Of a stretch of DNA of 64,000 nucleotides, positions 40,671-51,185 are shown one piece after another. Both the position numbers and the translations under genes were made by a program. Within the stretch, counting starts at the first letter, position 1. Every line of letters begins with the position of its first letter. The notes under the pieces were generated by a model. That model worked only from the letters and a program-made list of their open reading frames with translations, was not told the origin of the DNA and ran no database searches. This DNA comes from an uncultured Verrucomicrobiota bacterium (GTDB lineage Bacteria > Verrucomicrobiota > Kiritimatiellia > CAIKKV01 > CAITUY01), in the NCBI GenBank assembly GCA_964609375.1, contig CAZSSA010000001.1, forward strand, positions 7,694 through 71,693. The letters are read 5' to 3'.

Positions 40671-43600
40671 TTAAGCACGTTTCTCTTTTCGCTCAGCCCG
40701 CACGTCCAACCCAATGCTGCGAAGTTCATTAATCAGCACATTGAACGATTCGGGGCGTTCCGCTTCCAACACATTCTCGCCCTTTACGATCGATTCGTAA
40801 ATCCGGGTACGGCCTGCCACATCATCGCTCTTGACCGTCAGCAACTCCTGTAATGCGTAGGCGGCTCCATAGGCTTCCAGTGCCCAAACTTCCATTTCAC
40901 CCAACCGTTGACCACCATACTGCGCCTTGCCACCCAACGGCTGCTGGGTTACCAGCGAATACGGCCCCACCGCACGGGCATGAATCTTGTCACTAACCAA
41001 ATGGTGCAGTTTCAACATGTAAATGTAACCCACCACAACCTTCTGATCAAAGGGCTCTCCTGTCCGACCGTCGTAAAGACGGGTCTTCCCATCTCGGGGA
41101 AGCTTCGCGTCATCCAGCAGATCCTTAATGTGCTTTTCAGATATGCCGTCAAACACCGGAGTGCTTGCATACAACCCCAGCAACTTGCAGGCCCACCCTA
41201 GATGCGTCTCCAACACCTGCCCCACATTCATTCGCGAAGGTACGCCTAGCGGATTCAATACAATATCCACCGGTGTTCCATCCGGGAGAAAAGGCATGTC
41301 GGCCTCAGGAAGAATCCGGGCAACAACACCCTTGTTTCCATGACGTCCGGCCATCTTGTCACCCACCGACAGTTTCTTCTTGCTGGCAATGTAGACCCGC
41401 ACCTGCTTGATGATGCCTTGATCCACTTCATCACCACTCTCCAGACGATCCATGGCGTTTTCGCACTCATGATCGAGCTCCACAAACTTCTGCTGGAACT
41501 CGCCGATGATCTCCTGGATTTTGATCTGGATCGGGCTGCTCTCGATCTCAATGTGCGCACTCTCCGCCGCCAGTTTCCTTAGCAGCGTCTTTGTGATCTT
41601 CCTGTTGGCTGGAATGATAATCTCATTGGAATCAACGTTAACCACATCCAACGGGATCTTTTCACCCAATAGAATATTGCTCAGAGCCTCGGTTAACTGC
41701 TCAACAATTTCCTGCTTCTTCGTCTTGTGCTCCTCGGCAACATTCTTTGACTGCCGGCGACGTTCTGCTGGAGTCATCTTCTCGCGCTCAATATCCTTGT
41801 GCGCCGAAACCTTGACATCCATGACAATCCCGTACGTCCCACTGGGCACCGTCAATGAGGTGTCCCTCACATCTGCAGCCTTTTCACCGAAAATAGCCCT
41901 CAAAAGCCGTTCTTCAGGCGCAAGTTCCGTTTCGCTCTTCGGCGTAATCTTGCCAACAAGAATATCATCCGGCTTCACTTCAGCACCGATACGAATAACC
42001 CCGTCCGTACCCAGATTCCGCAAGGCATCTTCCCCGACATTCGGAATGTCACGGGTAATTTCCTCGGGCCCAAGTTTCGTGTCGCGCGCGCCAACTTCAA
42101 ACTCCTGAATATGAACGGACGTGAAGACATCATCACGGACAACACGCTCGCTGATCAAGATGGCGTCTTCAAAGTTAAATCCGCACCATGGCATGAAGGC
42201 CACCAGAACATTGCGCCCCAGTGATAGCTCACCTCCAGCTGTCGCAGGACCATCAGCCAGCACGTCGCCTTTTTTAACCTTCTGACCAACCTTCACAATT
42301 GGTTTCTGGTTTAAACACGTCCCGGCATTTGATCGCATAAACTTACGCAATTTGTAAGTGTGCTCATCCTTCTTGCCCTTGGACTTAATATCACTGTTAA
42401 CCACAATCTTGGTCGCGGCAGCATAAGTCACCACACCAGACTCTTCGGCCAGTGTCAGTACGCCGGAATCACGAGCAATACGGCCTTCCAGCCCTGTCGC
42501 CACGAAAGGACGCTCAGCCTCAAGTAACGGCACCGCCTGACGCATCATGTTCGAACCCATCAAGGCGCGGTTGGCATCATCATGCTCAAGGAATGGGATA
42601 AGGCCTGCTGCCACAGACACCACCTGCTTGGGCGAGACGTCCATGTAATCAACCTTCTCCTTGGGCACTTCCAGGAACTCGCCTCTATTCCGAACGGCAA
42701 TCGAGTCACGCGACATCCGACTCTTCGCATCCAATGGCGTGTTAGCCTGGGCAATAATATATTTTTCCTCGCGATCGGCGCTCAGGAACTCCACCTCGTC
42801 ACTGACAACCCCGTTCGACACCTTGCGGTAAGGCGTCTCAATGAACCCATACTCGTTCACCTTGGCGTAAATACCCATCGACGAGATCAATCCGATATTC
42901 GGCCCTTCAGGGGTCTCAATCGGACAAATGCGCCCATAATGGCTGCTATGAACGTCTCGCACTTCAAATCCAGCACGTTCACGGCTCAACCCGCCCGGCC
43001 CCAGTGCACTCAACCGTCTCTTATGTGCCAGCTCAGACAACGGATTCGTCTGGTCCATAAACTGACTTAGTTGACTGCGCCCAAAGAAGTCCTTAACCAC
43101 CGCTGAAAGCGTCTTGGGGTTGACCAATCGCTGCGGCGTCAATGTCCCAGTCTGCGGATCGAACAACGTCATCCGCTCCCGCACAAGGCGCTCTGCCCGA
43201 GCTAAACCAATTCGGCACTGATTCTCAACGAGTTCACCTATCGTCCTTAACCGGCGGCTTCCAAGATGATCAATGTCGTCAACCGTACCCTGCCCATTGC
43301 GAATGCTGATCAAGTACCGAATCGCCGCGATCAAATCAGCACCTTCCGGGGTCAATGTCCGCTCTGCGTCGTCCGTCACACCCCCAAAAGCTTCACGCTC
43401 ATCGGCATCCTTGGTCGCCATTACAGCCTTGATAAGGGCTAAAGCATCCTTAAGTTCACTGTCTAGCTTCTGGTTAATCTTATAGCGACCTACCCGTCCC
43501 AGATCATAGCGACGCGGATCGAAGAACAAACGCTTTAACAACTGACGGGCATTGGACACCGTCGCGGGATCACCAGGCCTCAACCGCAGGTAAATATCTT

Positions 43601-44495
43601 TCAATGCATCATCCGTGGAGTGAGTCGGGTCTTCCTTCACACTCTTCAACATGATCCCGCCATCCCAGGACACATCCACGACATCGGCTTCCTTGAAGCC
43701 CGCCGCCTTCATCTGGGACAATACATTCTCGGAAACCGGCTCGAATTTTCGCGACAGCACCGTCTGCGAATCCACATCGATCACGTCATCCCGGAATACA
43801 ATATTCGCCAAGGCGTCAGCACCAATGGATTCATTGAGTTTCAGCTTCCTGAAGGTGTAAAACAGACGCAGCAAGTCTTCATCAGATCCATAACCCAATG
43901 CACGAAGGAAGGTGGTTGCAAGGAATTTCCGGCGGCGATGGCGGCGATCAAGATAGATCCACAACAAATCCGATGCGTCAAACTGAACCTCAACCCATGA
44001 GCCTCGATCGGGAATGATCCGGAATGAGTACAGCATCGACCCGCTCGAATGCACCGACTGCTCGAAACAAATTCCGGGCGAGCGATGCAACTGACTGACA
44101 ATAACGCGCTCGGCACCATTGATCACAAAGGATCCCTGGTCGGTCATGAGCGGTATTTCCCCCATGTACACGCTCTCTTCACGCACTTCATCGCCTTCCT
44201 TAAGGCGGAAGGTCACCTGAAGCGTCCCGGCATATGTCAGTCCTTCACGAAGCACCTCGCATGGATCCGTTTTCGGCAGCGAGAACTCATACTTCACAAA
44301 ATCCAGCGCATATCGTCCATCATAGCTCTCAATCGGGAAAACCTCTTTGAACACGGCTTGCAATCCCATGTTCTTTCGGCTCCCCGGGGCCACATTCAGT
44401 TGGAGGAAATCCTTGTACGATACCGTCTGAATCTCAATAAGATTCGGCGGCTCGATGACCTCGACCAATTTCCCGTAGTTCGTTCTCTCAACCAT
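40671..44495 (-). CDS. rpoB: DNA-directed RNA polymerase subunit beta
   Basis: 1274 aa. Rif-cluster region, GGQRLGEMEVWALEAYGAA near the C-terminus. Confidence 0.95.
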   Translation of the reverse strand: MVERTNYGKLVEVIEPPNLIEIQTVSYKDFLQLNVAPGSRKNMGLQAVFKEVFPIESYDGRYALDFVKYEFSLPKTDPCEVLREGLTYAGTLQVTFRLKEGDEVREESVYMGEIPLMTDQGSFVINGAERVIVSQLHRSPGICFEQSVHSSGSMLYSFRIIPDRGSWVEVQFDASDLLWIYLDRRHRRRKFLATTFLRALGYGSDEDLLRLFYTFRKLKLNESIGADALANIVFRDDVIDVDSQTVLSRKFEPVSENVLSQMKAAGFKEADVVDVSWDGGIMLKSVKEDPTHSTDDALKDIYLRLRPGDPATVSNARQLLKRLFFDPRRYDLGRVGRYKINQKLDSELKDALALIKAVMATKDADEREAFGGVTDDAERTLTPEGADLIAAIRYLISIRNGQGTVDDIDHLGSRRLRTIGELVENQCRIGLARAERLVRERMTLFDPQTGTLTPQRLVNPKTLSAVVKDFFGRSQLSQFMDQTNPLSELAHKRRLSALGPGGLSRERAGFEVRDVHSSHYGRICPIETPEGPNIGLISSMGIYAKVNEYGFIETPYRKVSNGVVSDEVEFLSADREEKYIIAQANTPLDAKSRMSRDSIAVRNRGEFLEVPKEKVDYMDVSPKQVVSVAAGLIPFLEHDDANRALMGSNMMRQAVPLLEAERPFVATGLEGRIARDSGVLTLAEESGVVTYAAATKIVVNSDIKSKGKKDEHTYKLRKFMRSNAGTCLNQKPIVKVGQKVKKGDVLADGPATAGGELSLGRNVLVAFMPWCGFNFEDAILISERVVRDDVFTSVHIQEFEVGARDTKLGPEEITRDIPNVGEDALRNLGTDGVIRIGAEVKPDDILVGKITPKSETELAPEERLLRAIFGEKAADVRDTSLTVPSGTYGIVMDVKVSAHKDIEREKMTPAERRRQSKNVAEEHKTKKQEIVEQLTEALSNILLGEKIPLDVVNVDSNEIIIPANRKITKTLLRKLAAESAHIEIESSPIQIKIQEIIGEFQQKFVELDHECENAMDRLESGDEVDQGIIKQVRVYIASKKKLSVGDKMAGRHGNKGVVARILPEADMPFLPDGTPVDIVLNPLGVPSRMNVGQVLETHLGWACKLLGLYASTPVFDGISEKHIKDLLDDAKLPRDGKTRLYDGRTGEPFDQKVVVGYIYMLKLHHLVSDKIHARAVGPYSLVTQQPLGGKAQYGGQRLGEMEVWALEAYGAAYALQELLTVKSDDVAGRTRIYESIVKGENVLEAERPESFNVLINELRSIGLDVRAERKEKRA

Positions 44496-44581
44496 TCCAG
44501 CACCTGTTCAACAGGGTTCTTACGACCACGCGGCGGCTATAAAGGCCGCCGCCCGCCGGACACCGTCCCGCAAAAAGACGG

Positions 44582-44977
44582 TTACTTGACTTCAACTGTC
44601 GCGCCAGCCTTCTCAAGGACTTCCTTGATCTTGGCTGCTTCTTCCTTCGTGACAGCTTCCTTGACAGGCTTCGGAGCGCCTTCCACCAAATCCTTGGATT
44701 CCTTCAACCCCAACCCGGTGATGGTGCGTATTTCCTTAATCACACCAATCTTGTTGCTGCCAGCGCTGGCCAACACCACGGTAAATTCAGTCTTCTCCGC
44801 CGCCGGAGCCGCACCCGCTGCCGGTGCCGCCGCCATCATGGCCATCGGAGCCGCTGCAGTTACGCCCAACCGCTGCTCAAGGCCCTTCACAAGTTGCGAG
44901 AGCTCCAGAACAGTCATGCTCTCGATCGCCTTGACAATCTCTTCCATCTTGCCTTCCAATTTAACTTCGTCAGCCAT
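44582..44977 (-). CDS. rplL: 50S ribosomal protein L7/L12
   Basis: Ala-rich hinge and C-terminal domain (EKTEFTVVL...[16 protein letters not shown]). Confidence 0.9.
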   Translation of the reverse strand: MADEVKLEGKMEEIVKAIESMTVLELSQLVKGLEQRLGVTAAAPMAMMAAAPAAGAAPAAEKTEFTVVLASAGSNKIGVIKEIRTITGLGLKESKDLVEGAPKPVKEAVTKEEAAKIKEVLEKAGATVEVK

Positions 44978-45002
44978 TGTAGTCTCCTGTTTTATGAAAA
45001 AC

Positions 45003-45521
45003 TTACTTCGCCTCGTTCTTCTTGTTTTCGATTGCTTTCAACACATACACGACGCTTAACACCTTCTGATTCAACACGCCAACCAAGCGTGAGAGCGGCG
45101 CCGCGATCGTACCCACCACCTGTCCCAACAGCACTTCACGGGGAGGCAGTTCCGCCAGAGCATCAATCTGGGCGGCAGAAAGATACACATTCCCCATGTA
45201 TCCAACTTTCACCTGAGGCATCCCGCTTGCACCATTGAACATTTTTAGCGTCTTGGCCGCCTGAACAACATTCTTGCCCGTGACGATCGCTAATTGCCCC
45301 TTGAGCGATGGGTCCATCTTCTCCCATCCCTTCTCTCGGGCAATCAACCTCACAAGACGATTCTTCACAACCTGCATCCGCGCGCCCTCTTTACGGAGCT
45401 GGCGACGCAAGTCGCTGATCTGCTCGACTTTCAGCCCTTGGTATTCGGCAACCAAAAGGTATTCCGAATCGTTTACCCGGGCACTGATTTCGTCATAGAT
45501 TGATTTCTTTTCCGGTCTCAT
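45003..45521 (-). CDS. rplJ: 50S ribosomal protein L10
   Basis: L10 family, lies between rplA and rplL. Confidence 0.9.
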   Translation of the reverse strand: MRPEKKSIYDEISARVNDSEYLLVAEYQGLKVEQISDLRRQLRKEGARMQVVKNRLVRLIAREKGWEKMDPSLKGQLAIVTGKNVVQAAKTLKMFNGASGMPQVKVGYMGNVYLSAAQIDALAELPPREVLLGQVVGTIAAPLSRLVGVLNQKVLSVVYVLKAIENKKNEAK

Positions 45522-45535
45522 GGCCCCGTCCTGTC

Positions 45536-46219
45536 CTAGTCACGCACATCCACACGCAGGCCAACGCCCATCGTGGAACTCAGCGTGCACCGCTTAATAA
45601 ATACACCCTTCGTCGCCGCCGGCCGTGCCGACGCAATCGCATGAATGATCGACTTCACGTTTTCCAAAAGTTTATCCTCGTCAAAGGAAAGCTTCCCAAA
45701 CGGCACTTGGACGTTACCCGCTCGGTCCATGCGGAATTCAACACGCCCCGCCTTGCTTTCCCGCACTGCCGCCGCCGTATCATCCGTCACCGTCCCCGTC
45801 TTGGGATTAGGCATCAGACCACGCGGACCCAGGACTTTACCTAGTTTACGGACTTCTTTCATGGCATCCGGAGTGGCAATCGCCACATCAAACTCCGTCC
45901 ACCCCCCCTTGACCTTCTCAATCAAGTCCTCGTTGCCAACAACATCCGCTCCTGCTGCTCGTGCCGCATCGGCAGCCGCACCAGCAGCAAACACTGCAAC
46001 GCGAATTGACTTCCCTGTACCATGCGGCAGAACCACCGTTCCGCGAACCGTCTGGTCACTCTTCTTTGTATCCACACCAAGCCGTATCGCCAACTCGGCG
46101 GTTTCATCAAACTTAGCACTCTTGTGCGACTTCAAGAAACGGACAGCCTCGGCAAGATCATAGACCTTATCCTCAACGTCCTTCGCAATCTTCTGATATC
46201 GTTTTCCGTGCGTTGTCAT
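45536..46219 (-). CDS. rplA: 50S ribosomal protein L1
   Basis: GKRYQKIAKDVEDKVYDL...FDETAELAIRLGVD matches L1. Confidence 0.9.
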   Translation of the reverse strand: MTTHGKRYQKIAKDVEDKVYDLAEAVRFLKSHKSAKFDETAELAIRLGVDTKKSDQTVRGTVVLPHGTGKSIRVAVFAAGAAADAARAAGADVVGNEDLIEKVKGGWTEFDVAIATPDAMKEVRKLGKVLGPRGLMPNPKTGTVTDDTAAAVRESKAGRVEFRMDRAGNVQVPFGKLSFDEDKLLENVKSIIHAIASARPAATKGVFIKRCTLSSTMGVGLRVDVRD

Positions 46220-46221
46220 GG

Positions 46222-46647
46222 CTACCGAATCACCTCGATTCCCATGCTGCGAGCCGTACCCTCAACCATTCGGGCGGCGTGATTTTCATCCGTCGCATTC
46301 AGATCGTTCATCTTGGTGCGGACGATTTCAAGAACCTGCTGCGGCGTCACCTTCCCCACTTTATCCCGATTCGGTTGCGCCGACCCCTTGGCCAAGCCTG
46401 CCGCACGCTTCAACAACGAAGACGCTGGCGGACTCTTGGTAATAAACGTAAATGACCGATCTTGATACACAGTGATAACCACCGGAATCACAAGACCCGA
46501 CATCTTCTGCGTTGCCGCGTTGAATTGCTTGCAAAACTCCATAATATTGACACCGTGTTGACCCAACGCGGGTCCCACTGGCGGCGCCGGATTCGCTGCT
46601 CCGGCTGGAATCTGAAGCTTGATTTTTCCTGTTACTTTCTTTGCCAT
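46222..46647 (-). CDS. rplK: 50S ribosomal protein L11
   Basis: [38 protein letters not shown]. Start at the conserved MAKK. Confidence 0.9.
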   Translation of the reverse strand: MAKKVTGKIKLQIPAGAANPAPPVGPALGQHGVNIMEFCKQFNAATQKMSGLVIPVVITVYQDRSFTFITKSPPASSLLKRAAGLAKGSAQPNRDKVGKVTPQQVLEIVRTKMNDLNATDENHAARMVEGTARSMGIEVIR

Positions 46648-46716
46648 ATCACTCCCCTGCCTGAGCTTCTGCGTTTTCACCGCAGCGCCAGAACCGGAAT
46701 CCGGTCCATCCAAGGC

Positions 46717-47268
46717 TTATTGCCGTTCCACCTGCCAGCATTCAAGTTCAACAGGCGCCGATCGCCCAAATATCGCAACCGACACCTTTAGCTTGCCGCG
46801 TTCAGCATCCACTTCCTCGACAAGCCCTGTAAAGTTCATGAAGGGCCCATCCGTAATCTTTACCGTCTCTCCACGGTCATAAATCACCTTAGGCTTAACC
46901 TTCTCCTTCTTCTCTTCCACCTGGAACAGAAGCACTTCCACCTCATCAGGCCGGAGAGGCGCCGGCCGATCACCACCTACAAATCCAATCACTCCGGGCG
47001 TCTCCCGGATAAAATACCAAACCTTCTCAACAACTTGCCGGGTCTCGTCATACAACCCGAGATTCACCAGCACGTAGCCAGGAAAAAACTTCCGCGTTAT
47101 AACGCTCTTGACGCCCTTCTTCGTTTCCGACACTTTCTCCGTCGGAATCAGAACTTGCCCCAGATAATCCCGCATTTCCTCCGCGTCAAGTCGCCGTTCA
47201 ATACTTTCCTTGACCTTGCCTTCTTGGCCGGTCAACGTATGCAGCACGAACCATTGTTTCAAAATCAT
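46717..47268 (-). CDS. nusG: Transcription termination/antitermination factor NusG
   Basis: WFVLHTLTGQEGKVKESI (NGN domain) and a C-terminal KOW (GETVKITDGPFMNFTGLVEEVD). Confidence 0.9.
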   Translation of the reverse strand: MILKQWFVLHTLTGQEGKVKESIERRLDAEEMRDYLGQVLIPTEKVSETKKGVKSVITRKFFPGYVLVNLGLYDETRQVVEKVWYFIRETPGVIGFVGGDRPAPLRPDEVEVLLFQVEEKKEKVKPKVIYDRGETVKITDGPFMNFTGLVEEVDAERGKLKVSVAIFGRSAPVELECWQVERQ

Positions 47269-47290
47269 GAAAACCCCGGCCTTGTGTTGA

Positions 47291-47497
47291 TTAACGGTGC
47301 GCGAGTACGCCAATCACCGCCCTCAGTACCTGGTCGCATGCCGCCACAAAAACGGCAAACAGTATTACAGACAATATCACCACTACCGTGGACTCCACCA
47401 ACTCGTTACGGGTCGGCCACGTCGATTTCCTCAATTCATTCCGGACTTCTCCGATAAAGAATTTCGTATGTCGCAGGCTATCCATTACTTTCTTCAC
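47291..47497 (-). CDS. secE: Preprotein translocase subunit SecE
   Basis: 68 aa. EVRNELRKSTWPTRNEL, then a single transmembrane helix. Canonical position upstream of nusG. Confidence 0.8.
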   Translation of the reverse strand: MKKVMDSLRHTKFFIGEVRNELRKSTWPTRNELVESTVVVILSVILFAVFVAACDQVLRAVIGVLAHR

Positions 47498-47520
47498 ACT
47501 ATCTCCCGTTCAACACTCGT

Positions 47521-47596
47521 ATGGCAGGCCAGGAGGGACTTGAACCCCCAACACCCGGTTTTGGAGACCGGTACTCTGCCAGTTGAGCTACTGGCC
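47521..47596 (-). tRNA. tRNA-Trp (anticodon CCA)
   Basis: Cloverleaf AGGCCAG-TA-GCTC...CTCCAAA...TTCAAGT...CTGGCCT-G-CCA read on the minus strand. Canonical position between rpmG and secE. Confidence 0.85.
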
Positions 47597-47605
47597 TGTA
47601 CTCAG

Positions 47606-47785
47606 GCTAACCCCCGCCTCCCGATCCCGGGACTAACGGGTCTCCTTATGAATCGTATGCTTCTTCTCCGACCGGCAGAACTTCTTGATCTCCATCCGGT
47701 CCGGTGTCAGACGCTTGTTCTTCGTCGTCGTATAATTACGCCGCTTGCACTCCGTGCACGCCAGAATGACCTGTTCCCTCGGCAT
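47606..47785 (-). CDS. rpmG: 50S ribosomal protein L33 (59 aa; not in the ORF track)
   Basis: Manual translation gives [48 protein letters not shown]..., with the L33 YTTTKNKR core. Confidence 0.75.
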
Positions 47786-47870
47786 GACAATCCATCCTTC
47801 GGTGCATCAGGCGGCATCCTTTCAGATGCCACCCTCACACACTTAAACGACCTTACGGCCGTATCGCTTG

Positions 47871-49079
47871 TTACTCGATAATTTCAACAACCGTACCGGC
47901 GCCAACCGTGCGGCCACCTTCACGAATGGCGAAGCGCATCGACTTCTCCATGGCAATCGGCGCAATCAGCGTCACCGTCATCCCAATGTTATCGCCAGGC
48001 ATCACCATTTCCACGCCTTCCGGCAGCATGACGTCACCTGTAACATCCGTCGTCCGGAAATAGAATTGCGGACGGTACCCCTTGAAGAACGGAGTATGAC
48101 GCCCACCCTCTTCCTTGCTCAACACATACACTTCACACTTGAACTTCGTGTGCGGTGTAATCGATCCGGGCTTCGCCAACACCTGGCCGCGTTCCACGTC
48201 CTCTTTCTTCGTGCTGCGCAGCAACACGCCAACATTGTCTCCGGCGCGACCTTCGTCCAGCAACTTTCGGAACATCTCAACACCAGTAGCCGTCGTCTTA
48301 ACCGTCGGACGTAATCCAACAATCTCAACTTCCTCGCCAACCTTGATGATTCCACGCTCAATACGACCCGTAACCACCGTCCCTCGACCTTCAATCGAAA
48401 ACACGTCTTCCACGGACAACAGGAACGGCTTATCCGTCACACGCACGGGTTCCGGAATGTAGTTGTCCAGCGCATTCATCAATTCCTTGATGCTGTTGCA
48501 GCCCGGATCATCCGCCGTCTTGGCCTGAATCGCCGCCAACGCGCTCCCGCGTATGATCGGCGTATCGTCACCAGGATACTCATACTTGGAAAGCAACTCG
48601 CGAATCTCAAGCTCAACCAAGTCCAGCAGCTCGGGATCATCCACGGTGTCAACCTTGTTCAGGAACACAACAACCGAAGGAACACCCACCTGACGCGCCA
48701 GAAGAATGTGCTCGCGCGTCTGGGGCATCGGACCATCCGAAGCACTCACCACGAGAATCGCACCGTCCATCTGGGCCGCACCGGTAATCATGTTCTTCAC
48801 GTAGTCAGCATGCCCCGGGCAGTCAACGTGCGCATAATGACGCTTTTCGGAACTATACTCAACATGCGAGGTCGCAATGGTTAAAATCTTGGTCGGATCC
48901 CGACGCCCCTGCGATTCGGACGCCTTCGCCACTTCATCATATTTGACATAGGTGCTCATCCCGCGCAACGACTGCACGTATGTAATGGCTGCTGTCAAAG
49001 TGGTCTTACCATGATCAACATGCCCAATCGTACCCACGTTCACATGCGGCTTTGTTCGACTAAACTGTTCTTTTGCCAT
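47871..49079 (-). CDS. tuf: Elongation factor Tu
   Basis: [35 protein letters not shown] at 49079 verified; the track ORF has a spurious 35-aa extension. Confidence 0.95.
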   Translation of the reverse strand: MAKEQFSRTKPHVNVGTIGHVDHGKTTLTAAITYVQSLRGMSTYVKYDEVAKASESQGRRDPTKILTIATSHVEYSSEKRHYAHVDCPGHADYVKNMITGAAQMDGAILVVSASDGPMPQTREHILLARQVGVPSVVVFLNKVDTVDDPELLDLVELEIRELLSKYEYPGDDTPIIRGSALAAIQAKTADDPGCNSIKELMNALDNYIPEPVRVTDKPFLLSVEDVFSIEGRGTVVTGRIERGIIKVGEEVEIVGLRPTVKTTATGVEMFRKLLDEGRAGDNVGVLLRSTKKEDVERGQVLAKPGSITPHTKFKCEVYVLSKEEGGRHTPFFKGYRPQFYFRTTDVTGDVMLPEGVEMVMPGDNIGMTVTLIAPIAMEKSMRFAIREGGRTVGAGTVVEIIE

Positions 49080-49139
49080 GTTCGTACTCCTATTACTGCT
49101 TTCCTGTCTATACCTGCTGAACCTGACTACACGTTCACC

Positions 49140-49215
49140 TGGAGCCCATGAGCGGGATTGAACCGCTGACCTCGTCCTTACCAAGGACGTGCTCTACCAA
49201 CTGAGCTACATGGGC
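49140..49215 (-). tRNA. tRNA-Thr (anticodon GGU)
   Basis: GCCCATG-TA-GCTCAGTTGGTAGAGC...CTTGGTAAG...TTCAATC...CATGGGC-T-CCA on the minus strand. Confidence 0.85.
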
Positions 49216-49219
49216 ATCG

Positions 49220-49248
49220 ATTCTATCCACGCAAAAATAAAACAACAA
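49220..49248 (-). promoter_or_regulatory. Candidate promoter for the tRNA-Thr/tuf transcription unit (TTGTTG, 17 nt, TAGAAT; -10 ends 4 nt before the tRNA 5' end), in an AT-rich 270-bp intergenic region
   Basis: Hexamers read on the minus strand; a T-rich UP-like tract lies upstream. Confidence 0.35.
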
Positions 49249-49487
49249 AAAGCTTCCTCCCTGTCTTTGCCTTTCTTAAGGAAAAACAGACAGAACAGCC
49301 TTTCGTCAAAGTTATGCACACCAACCTAATGGACTCAATCGCCCATGAACAGATCGCGAAAATTACCAGAAGCGCTACGAGAGTCAACATCTTTGTGTAT
49401 TTTTTTTCACCCCCGAGAATCCCCCTTGCGATTGGCCTGTAAATATCTATCATTCCACCGTCTCAATACCCATTAAATCCACTCCCA

Positions 49488-50141
49488 ATGAATCTCAAAA
49501 AAAACATCAATGTGCTCCTCGTGGATGACCATCAATTAATACGGGAAAGCTGCAAGGCTATTCTTTCCCTTGAATCGGATATCACCATCGTCGGGACTGC
49601 CGCCAACGGACGACAAGCGGTCCAACTCGCCAACGAACTACAGCCCGATCTCGTCATCATGGATGTTACCATGTCAGGCATGGGCGGCATCGAAGCAACC
49701 CGCCTGATAAAGAACTCTCTCCGCCAGACAAAAATCCTGGGGCTCTCCATGCACTCCAACCCTGCCCTGATAACCGCGATGCTGAATGCAGGCGCCTCCG
49801 GGTATGTTAGCAAAACCAGCAAAACAAGCGAACTGGTCGACGCCATACGCAAGGTGGCCGCCGGAATGTCCTACTTCTCCAAGGACATCGCCGACTCTTG
49901 CTCCATTGGCAATAAACCAAACAGCAATGCACTCACCCTCTACAGCCGCTTATCCGGAAGGGAAAAAGACATCCTTAGATTGGTTGCCGATGGTCACGAC
50001 ACCAAAGCCATCGCCGCCGAACTTGCAATCAGCGAAAAAACTGTGTTCAGTCACCGCGAAAGCCTGATGAAGAAACTTCAGATTGAAAGCATCGCCGGAT
50101 TGACCAAGTTTGCCATTCGCGAGGGCATTTCCACGGTCTGA
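49488..50141 (+). CDS. NarL/LuxR-family response regulator (REC plus HTH_LuxR), orphan
   Basis: VLLVDDHQLIRE..., D in DLVIMDVTM, GYVSK; C-terminal LSGREKDILRLVADGHDTKAIAAELAISEKTV. No sensor kinase adjacent. Confidence 0.85.
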   Translation: MNLKKNINVLLVDDHQLIRESCKAILSLESDITIVGTAANGRQAVQLANELQPDLVIMDVTMSGMGGIEATRLIKNSLRQTKILGLSMHSNPALITAMLNAGASGYVSKTSKTSELVDAIRKVAAGMSYFSKDIADSCSIGNKPNSNALTLYSRLSGREKDILRLVADGHDTKAIAAELAISEKTVFSHRESLMKKLQIESIAGLTKFAIREGISTV

Positions 50142-50170
50142 TCCGACCTGCAGGCCAACATCGCATCCTG

Positions 50171-51064
50171 CTATTCGGTCCGCCCCGCTGCATCCTGGCG
50201 CGGATATGCTTTTTGAAGCACCGCCAAATTGCGCTCCATGATCTCAAGGTACGCTTCAGCCTTTACCGGCCCGCTCACTACCGGATCCAGCATCAACACC
50301 CGCGCCCCCGTCTCCCTCGCAATCAATTCAGCCGAGGAAGACGGATACTGAGGCTCCGCAAAAACAACCCTAACCCCCCGTTTGCGAATTTCCCGAATGG
50401 CTCCCTTCAATTCCCGCGCATTGGGTTGCGACCCGGGATGGCGTTCCACCACCGCAATAACACTAAATCCGTACTCGCGCGCGAAATAGGGGAACGCATC
50501 GTGAAACGTCACCACTTCCCTTGCCTCACCCGCGCTGAACCCCGTCAAAAGTCTCCTGTTCAAGACCCGTAACCTTTCAGCATAGACCGACGCATTCGCG
50601 CGATAGGCCGATGCATGGTCTGGGTCCGCCACCGCAAGCCCTTCCGCTATGTGGTTCACCTGCCTAAGATGCAAACTTACACTTAACCAAACATGCGGAT
50701 TGACCTCCCCATTCACCACCATCGGCACAATCCCCTCGCTGGCATTAATAACCTTGAGATTCTCAAACCGCTTTATGGCGCCATCCATGAACCTCTCCGT
50801 TCCCAACCCGTTAACCACCAATATATCCGCCTTGGATAAATTGACCATGTCATCAGTCGAAAGCTGGTAATCGTGCAGGCACCCGGCACTGGGTGGCGCC
50901 ATCGCAACCACCTTCACCCCGGGAACATCCGCCGTTATATTTAAAACGGCAATATGGATCGGGTAAAAACTGGTTAATATGCTTTTCCCCACCGCTTGTC
51001 CCGCCCAAGTCCACATCACCAAAAGGCTTACCGCTCTATACAACATCATCCACTTTGTTTTCAT
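50171..51064 (-). CDS. Metal (Zn/Mn) ABC transporter substrate-binding protein, TroA/ZnuA family
   Basis: Signal peptide, then SBP family 9 motifs (PHVWLS, FHDAFPYFAREYG). No cognate permease or ATPase adjacent. Confidence 0.8.
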   Translation of the reverse strand: MKTKWMMLYRAVSLLVMWTWAGQAVGKSILTSFYPIHIAVLNITADVPGVKVVAMAPPSAGCLHDYQLSTDDMVNLSKADILVVNGLGTERFMDGAIKRFENLKVINASEGIVPMVVNGEVNPHVWLSVSLHLRQVNHIAEGLAVADPDHASAYRANASVYAERLRVLNRRLLTGFSAGEAREVVTFHDAFPYFAREYGFSVIAVVERHPGSQPNARELKGAIREIRKRGVRVVFAEPQYPSSSAELIARETGARVLMLDPVVSGPVKAEAYLEIMERNLAVLQKAYPRQDAAGRTE

Positions 51065-51185
51065 CCGTCACATCCCGACTTCACAGTTTTTATGACCCAG
51101 TCCATTAAGCATCGCCACCTCCTGCTTGAAGTCAATGACGAATTAACAACCTCTCGAATCACGTCATCTTCAGGCACCCGCAAGG

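Noticed and set aside
47786-47870. Small hairpin GGCATC-CTTTCA-GATGCC between tuf and rpmG as a terminator
   Set aside because: There is no adjacent T-run on the transcribed strand, and rpmG follows immediately. At most a minor pause or processing structure.
49223-49453. 76-aa ORF in the AT-rich intergenic region
   Set aside because: It lies in the only AT-rich non-coding stretch, has a hydrophobic low-complexity translation and no ribosome-binding site context. Treated as promoter region.
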